DNA from: Cyanophora paradoxa CCMP329
Lineage: Eukaryota; Plantae; Glaucophyta
Direction: 5' to 3'
Assembly: GCA_004431415.1 (NCBI GenBank)
Contig: QPMI01000156.1
Coordinates: forward strand, 1-34,780
Length of the DNA: 34,780 nucleotides
Shown: piece by piece, positions 31,015 through 34,780 of the stretch
Position numbering within the stretch: the first letter of the stretch is position 1
How the letters are laid out: each line of letters opens with the position of its first letter
Made by a program: the position numbers and the translations under genes
Notes under the pieces: generated by a model
Database searches by the model: none
What the model was told of the DNA's origin: nothing
Seen by the model: only the letters and a program-made list of their open reading frames with translations

Positions 31015-31786
31015 TGGTGTGGATCTTAGTGTCGTACTCGCGGTCAATCGTACTCCAGGCCACGTAGTTCGTAGCGGTGCCGTTTGCAAGGTTGGTGGTC
31101 GCAGTCGTGTAGTCAGCCTCCGCCTCGATCAACTCAGCCATGAGGGTAGAGCCCACGACCATTCCAGAAGTAGGCATACCCGCAATGTTGTTGTACAATT
31201 TGAAAGTGAATTTCGTGAAGAGGAGCCGGGGCCAGACCTGGGTACGGGGATTCGAGGAGTCGAAAGCAAAGGCAGTACCCGAGGAGCCGCCCGTGGTCGC
31301 ATTCGTCATCATCTCCTTTGCCGTCATCTTCCAGAGGTTGTACATTTCGAAGGGGACGGCCTGCGTGGTCTTGTGAGTGGCATCGATGGCGGCGCCGTCT
31401 ATGTGGGTCTTGGAGCCCCCATTAAAGGTGCGAGTGAGGGCAGTATTGGCGGTGAACTTGAGCTCGAGCACGCGAATTGCGGGCCGATCCGGCACAGAGG
31501 GCTCTATCTTTTTTAACAGGCCAGAGAGCCAGAGGGCCTCCGCCTCGTCCGCGCTCACGCCCGAGTCGATGTCAAAGTACACGTACACGGAGCAGGAGGC
31601 GGGATTCTCGAAATCGTTGGAGGTGACGCGCAGCATGATCGGATTCTGGATCTTCACGGTCAGCATGGAGGCGTAGCTGCCGTCCCAGACCACGGAATCC
31701 GTCCCAGCGTTGGCAGCTACGACGTCGCCGTAGAAATCGGGGGTGGGCAGCACAGTCTTCACGATGGTGGTCGAGGTGGTCGGCAT
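31004..31786 (-). CDS. Hypothetical beta-rich protein (260 aa), paralog A; candidate virion structural protein
   Basis: Intronless ORF with an AAAATG start; aligns by eye with 31810-32487 over most of its length. Confidence 0.8.
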   Translation of the reverse strand: MPTTSTTIVKTVLPTPDFYGDVVAANAGTDSVVWDGSYASMLTVKIQNPIMLRVTSNDFENPASCSVYVYFDIDSGVSADEAEALWLSGLLKKIEPSVPDRPAIRVLELKFTANTALTRTFNGGSKTHIDGAAIDATHKTTQAVPFEMYNLWKMTAKEMMTNATTGGSSGTAFAFDSSNPRTQVWPRLLFTKFTFKLYNNIAGMPTSGMVVGSTLMAELIEAEADYTTATTNLANGTATNYVAWSTIDREYDTKIHTTSV

Positions 31787-31809
31787 TTTGCGATCTCGAA
31801 TGAGAAAGA

Positions 31810-32487
31810 TTATCCGTAGAAGAGGATGTCGGTGCCGATGCCCGAGATGCGGGCCGCGGGCTGCACGGCGTCGGAGTCAGTGGTGTGCCTGTAGGAAACC
31901 GAGCACTCGCGCAGCTCCGCGCAGAGGCTCGCGCCCGTGCTGAAGTGGGGCTGGTCGGCGGCGTAGGAGAGGGGGAAGACCTGGAACTTGAAAAAGGTGA
32001 AGGGAAAGCGGGGTAACCCGGAAGCGCGCGGATTGCCACCAGTGTAGAGGGCCCCCAGGGTCGCGGGACTCGGGTTGAATTTTGTGAAGAGCGCGTCGCC
32101 CTTGAGCGTACCCCGCGCCGTATACGCACCCGTACCCGGTAGACTGTTGTCGGTGTACTGGTTCACGGTGGGGCCGTACCCCGTCTCCCTGAACTTTACC
32201 TCGAGACAGCGCAGGACGTTGGCCGTGGCCGTGGCAGGCGCCACCTTTTTCACGATGCCGGACTCGTGCAGCAGCTCGATTACTTCGGCGCTGAGGCTGG
32301 AAGGGTCGAAGAAGAGCTGGTAGGAGTAAATCTTGGGCGTGGCGTAGGCGTTCTGGACGACCTGAATCACGACGGGATTCTGCAGGAAGACGTCTACGTA
32401 ACTGCCGGAGGGGATGCGCGCGAAATCCTTGGTGTTGTTGCCAACGTCAAGTGAGCCGCTGAGGGTCTGGTACCAGTTGGAAGTCAT
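31810..32487 (-). CDS. Hypothetical beta-rich protein (225 aa), paralog B; candidate virion structural protein
   Basis: Intronless ORF; shares QNP, FD.S..SA, SG..KK..P, LE.KF, NPR...PR..FT.F.F and G..L.AEL.E with paralog A. Confidence 0.8.
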   Translation of the reverse strand: MTSNWYQTLSGSLDVGNNTKDFARIPSGSYVDVFLQNPVVIQVVQNAYATPKIYSYQLFFDPSSLSAEVIELLHESGIVKKVAPATATANVLRCLEVKFRETGYGPTVNQYTDNSLPGTGAYTARGTLKGDALFTKFNPSPATLGALYTGGNPRASGLPRFPFTFFKFQVFPLSYAADQPHFSTGASLCAELRECSVSYRHTTDSDAVQPAARISGIGTDILFYG

Positions 32488-32525
32488 TTACCCCGGCGCA
32501 GATATTTTTTCGGACCGTAGAGAAA

Positions 32526-34665
32526 ATGCCCCGCTTCGTTTTCGTGAGAAAGCAGGTGGTGCAGGCTCCGCAGTACGGCGTGGAGCCGATCTCGCTCACG
32601 GTGGGCAGGCCCCAGATCCGATCGGGCTCCGTGCTCGACAATGGGGGCGGTACCTATGGATTTCGAATGAACTGGGTCGCGGTCACCGACGCCATTAAGT
32701 ACAAGGTGTACAGAGGGGAAAACGTTGACGGGCCGTGGACACTTGCGAGCACGTTGAATGCGCCCACGGTCACTTACACGGACTCGCCCTTTAATTTAGG
32801 TGATTTCCGAATCTACCGAGTGACGGCTGTGCGCGAACAGAGCAGCAGCAGCACCGGATCGGATGGCAAAGCCCCGCCTACCACCTACGCGCAAACCCTT
32901 CTCTACACGCACGAGGGTGTCATGAGCAATTACATTGCCTTCCAAGGCATCCGGCCCTTTACTCCCCCAGTCGAGGCGTACACCACGCTCACGACCGCCA
33001 CGGCCCAGACCTACGGCGATTTTATCGCAGGGGGCGGCCCCGCGTCTTCCGGCTTCCCGAAACCCGCTTTGGTCGTAACCATCAACTGGGTCGCGATGGG
33101 GGGCGCGGACTCGATTCGAATTTACAGGGACGGTACCTCCATCGGATTCGCAAGCAGTGCCCTATCTACCTCGTACATTGACGATAGCACTGCCCTTACG
33201 TGGGGTACGGAGTACTCATACCAGGTGGCCGGCATCGTGGGCGGTGTCGAATACGACAAGTCCGATCCGCTCCTGGTCTGGACTATGCCAAACGCCCCCA
33301 CGAACGTGACGGCATCAGCACCCAACGACCAGCAGCAGCCTGTCAGCCTCAGCTGGACTGCGTCCACGGGAGCGACGGGATACAAGATTTACAGAGACGG
33401 GGCCTACCTCACAGACTCCGCGACCAACTCCTACAGCGACACGACCACCGTCTGGGGTACAGGGTACGAGTACCAGATCTCCGCGACGAACACGGGAGGG
33501 GAGGGGCCGAAGAGTATTGCGGCGTACGTCACCACGGACCCGGGGGCGCCCACTGGGCTCACTGCAACCCCCGCGGCGGGGCAGCACAGCCTGTTGTGCT
33601 CGAGTGGTCGGTGCCGGTGACGGGCGTCACCGTCTCCTACAACATCTACAGGGGTGGCGTGTTCCTTGCCAGCGACACGAGCAGCCCCTTTTCGGACACA
33701 ACGACCGTTTACGGAACCACTTACACTTACACCATCAAGGGCGTCAACCAGATCGGCGAGGAAGGCCCTCAGTCCTCGTCTGCCAGTGCAACAACTGCAA
33801 ACGCTCCTGTTTTGGGTACATTCTCCTACACCGGGGCCGACCAGACTTTCGTAGTACCAACGGGGACTGTGGCTGTGCGTGTCATCGTATGGGCGGCCGG
33901 GGTGGAGGCGGAGAACGCGCAGGTACGGGGGTCCGTGGAGGCGCGGGTGCTTGCGTAGTTGGTACATTGGCTGTGTCCTCGGGGGAGACGCTCATCCTTG
34001 TTGTTGGATGCGGCGGCCCAAAGGGTGTATCGGGGACTGCCACTGCTACCGTCTACGGAGGTGGAGGAAGGGGCTGGGGCCATAGCGTCGATCCGGAGTA
34101 CAAAAACGGCGCCGGTGGTGGTCGTTCTGCAATTCAGCGCGTTGCAGGGACCGACTTGGTTGTTGCAGGGGCCGGAGGTGGGGGTACATGTGATTCGAAT
34201 GGCGGCGGGGGAGTAGGCGGGGGGTTGACCGGTGGTGCGGCTGGGTTGGTTGGAGTAACCGAAGAGATACCGGCTCAAGGAGGCACCCAAACCGCTGGCG
34301 GAGCCGGTGTTGTGGCCTCAGGGGCCAGGCCCAGCAACCCGGGAACTTTGCGCCAAGGTGGAGAGCCTGGGCCTGATTCAAGCGGCTACAGGTTCGGTGG
34401 TGGTGGTGGTGGTGGTTACTTCGGTGGAGGCTCTGGGTCCAGCAGGAGCGGAGTGCCAGAGAACCCAATAGCAAGAATGTTTGGAGGTGGCGGTGGCTCG
34501 AGCTACATAGGAAACTTGACGGATGCTACGGTGTATCCTGGGTCCGGCCAGGTGGCAGGAAATAGCGGAGACGTTCACTACGCAGCAGGCATTGGTAGGG
34601 GCGGCAACGGTGGCTCGTCTTTCAGCGACGGTGGCAACGGTCGAATTGTGATACTCGCGGTGTAG
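32526..34665 (+). CDS. Fibronectin type III repeat (4x) plus glycine-rich domain protein, fibre/adhesin-like, split by two 1-nt frameshifts (~33586 and ~33900)
   Basis: FnIII motifs such as APTNVTAS..LSWTASTGATGYKIYRDG..YSDTT..YEYQISATN. These are followed by FSYTGADQTFVVPTG..VRVIVW-GGGG..LAVSSGETLILVVGCGG..GGGRSAI..LVVAGAGGG..GGGGGGYFGGG..GGGGGSSY..GGNGRIVI (polyglycine domain of the Gly_rich / ALK-LTK-like type). Confidence 0.85.
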
Positions 34666-34685
34666 TTATTCCTAGTTGTTCCAGA

Positions 34686-34780
34686 TCAGCTCGCCAGTGC
34701 CGCTATCTGGTCTTTGAGAGTTTGAACTTCTTGTGAAAGTTCCTGAATTGCCTTCAACGACAGGGAAATGAGCCTGTCGT
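34686..34780 (-). CDS. C-terminus of a tail-fibre/spike protein with an intramolecular chaperone (peptidase S74-like) coiled-coil end; partial
   Basis: The minus strand translates as DRLISLSLKAIQELSQEVQTLKDQIAALAS*, matching the typical Y..L...L.KAIQEL...V..L tail of S74 chaperone domains. Not in the supplied ORF track. Confidence 0.75.
   Translation of the reverse strand, partial: DRLISLSLKAIQELSQEVQTLKDQIAALAS

Larger units (their letters stand above)
27588..34780. mobile_element. Putative endogenous DNA virus element (left part; continues beyond the window)
   Basis: Abrupt switch to lower GC, CDSs without introns, and gene gaps of -11 to 38 bp in 30649-34780. Contains HNH, FnIII/Gly-rich and S74-like fibre genes plus orphans, with a shared AAAATG start context. 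The left boundary is uncertain (about 24.3-28.1 kb). Confidence 0.75.

Noticed and set aside
31004-32487. Calling the paralog pair a known major capsid protein
   Set aside because: Each is short for a double-jelly-roll MCP and I recognise no diagnostic motif; left as candidate structural proteins.

Overview
This is a window from a very GC-rich eukaryotic (protist/alga-type) nuclear genome with many short introns of about 54-99 nt. The style is reminiscent of glaucophyte-type genomes, but I cannot verify the host. There are three zones. (1) 1-17.1 kb, host genes: the 3' end of an LRR gene, a long coiled-coil plus WD40-like gene (-), ALG13 (+, head-to-head with it), and a large signal-peptide/beta-helix/Cys-rich/multi-TM surface protein gene (-). 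Several introns use GC donors without a compensating consensus. (2) 17.2-27.6 kb, a repeat-rich zone. It holds a 4.4-kb element with 102-bp terminal inverted repeats that carries an intron-retaining, damaged tlyA fragment (Pack-type transposon), an 87-bp minisatellite, a diverged ~570-bp duplication, an exact 81-bp dispersed repeat, and DNA saturated with short palindromes. (3) ~27.6 kb to the window end, a lower-GC, tightly packed, essentially intronless block best read as the left part of an endogenous DNA virus. It contains two orphan ORFs (one with an NLS, a C-terminal SIM-like motif and a probable 5'-UTR intron), an ori-like inverted-repeat module, a degenerate HNH protein ending in a Sin3-interaction-like helix, a tandem pair of paralogous beta-rich orphan proteins, an FnIII plus glycine-rich fibre-like gene, and the C-terminus of a tail-fibre intramolecular chaperone (S74-like). 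No capsid, packaging ATPase, polymerase or integrase was recognised in the window, so the virus class is unresolved.
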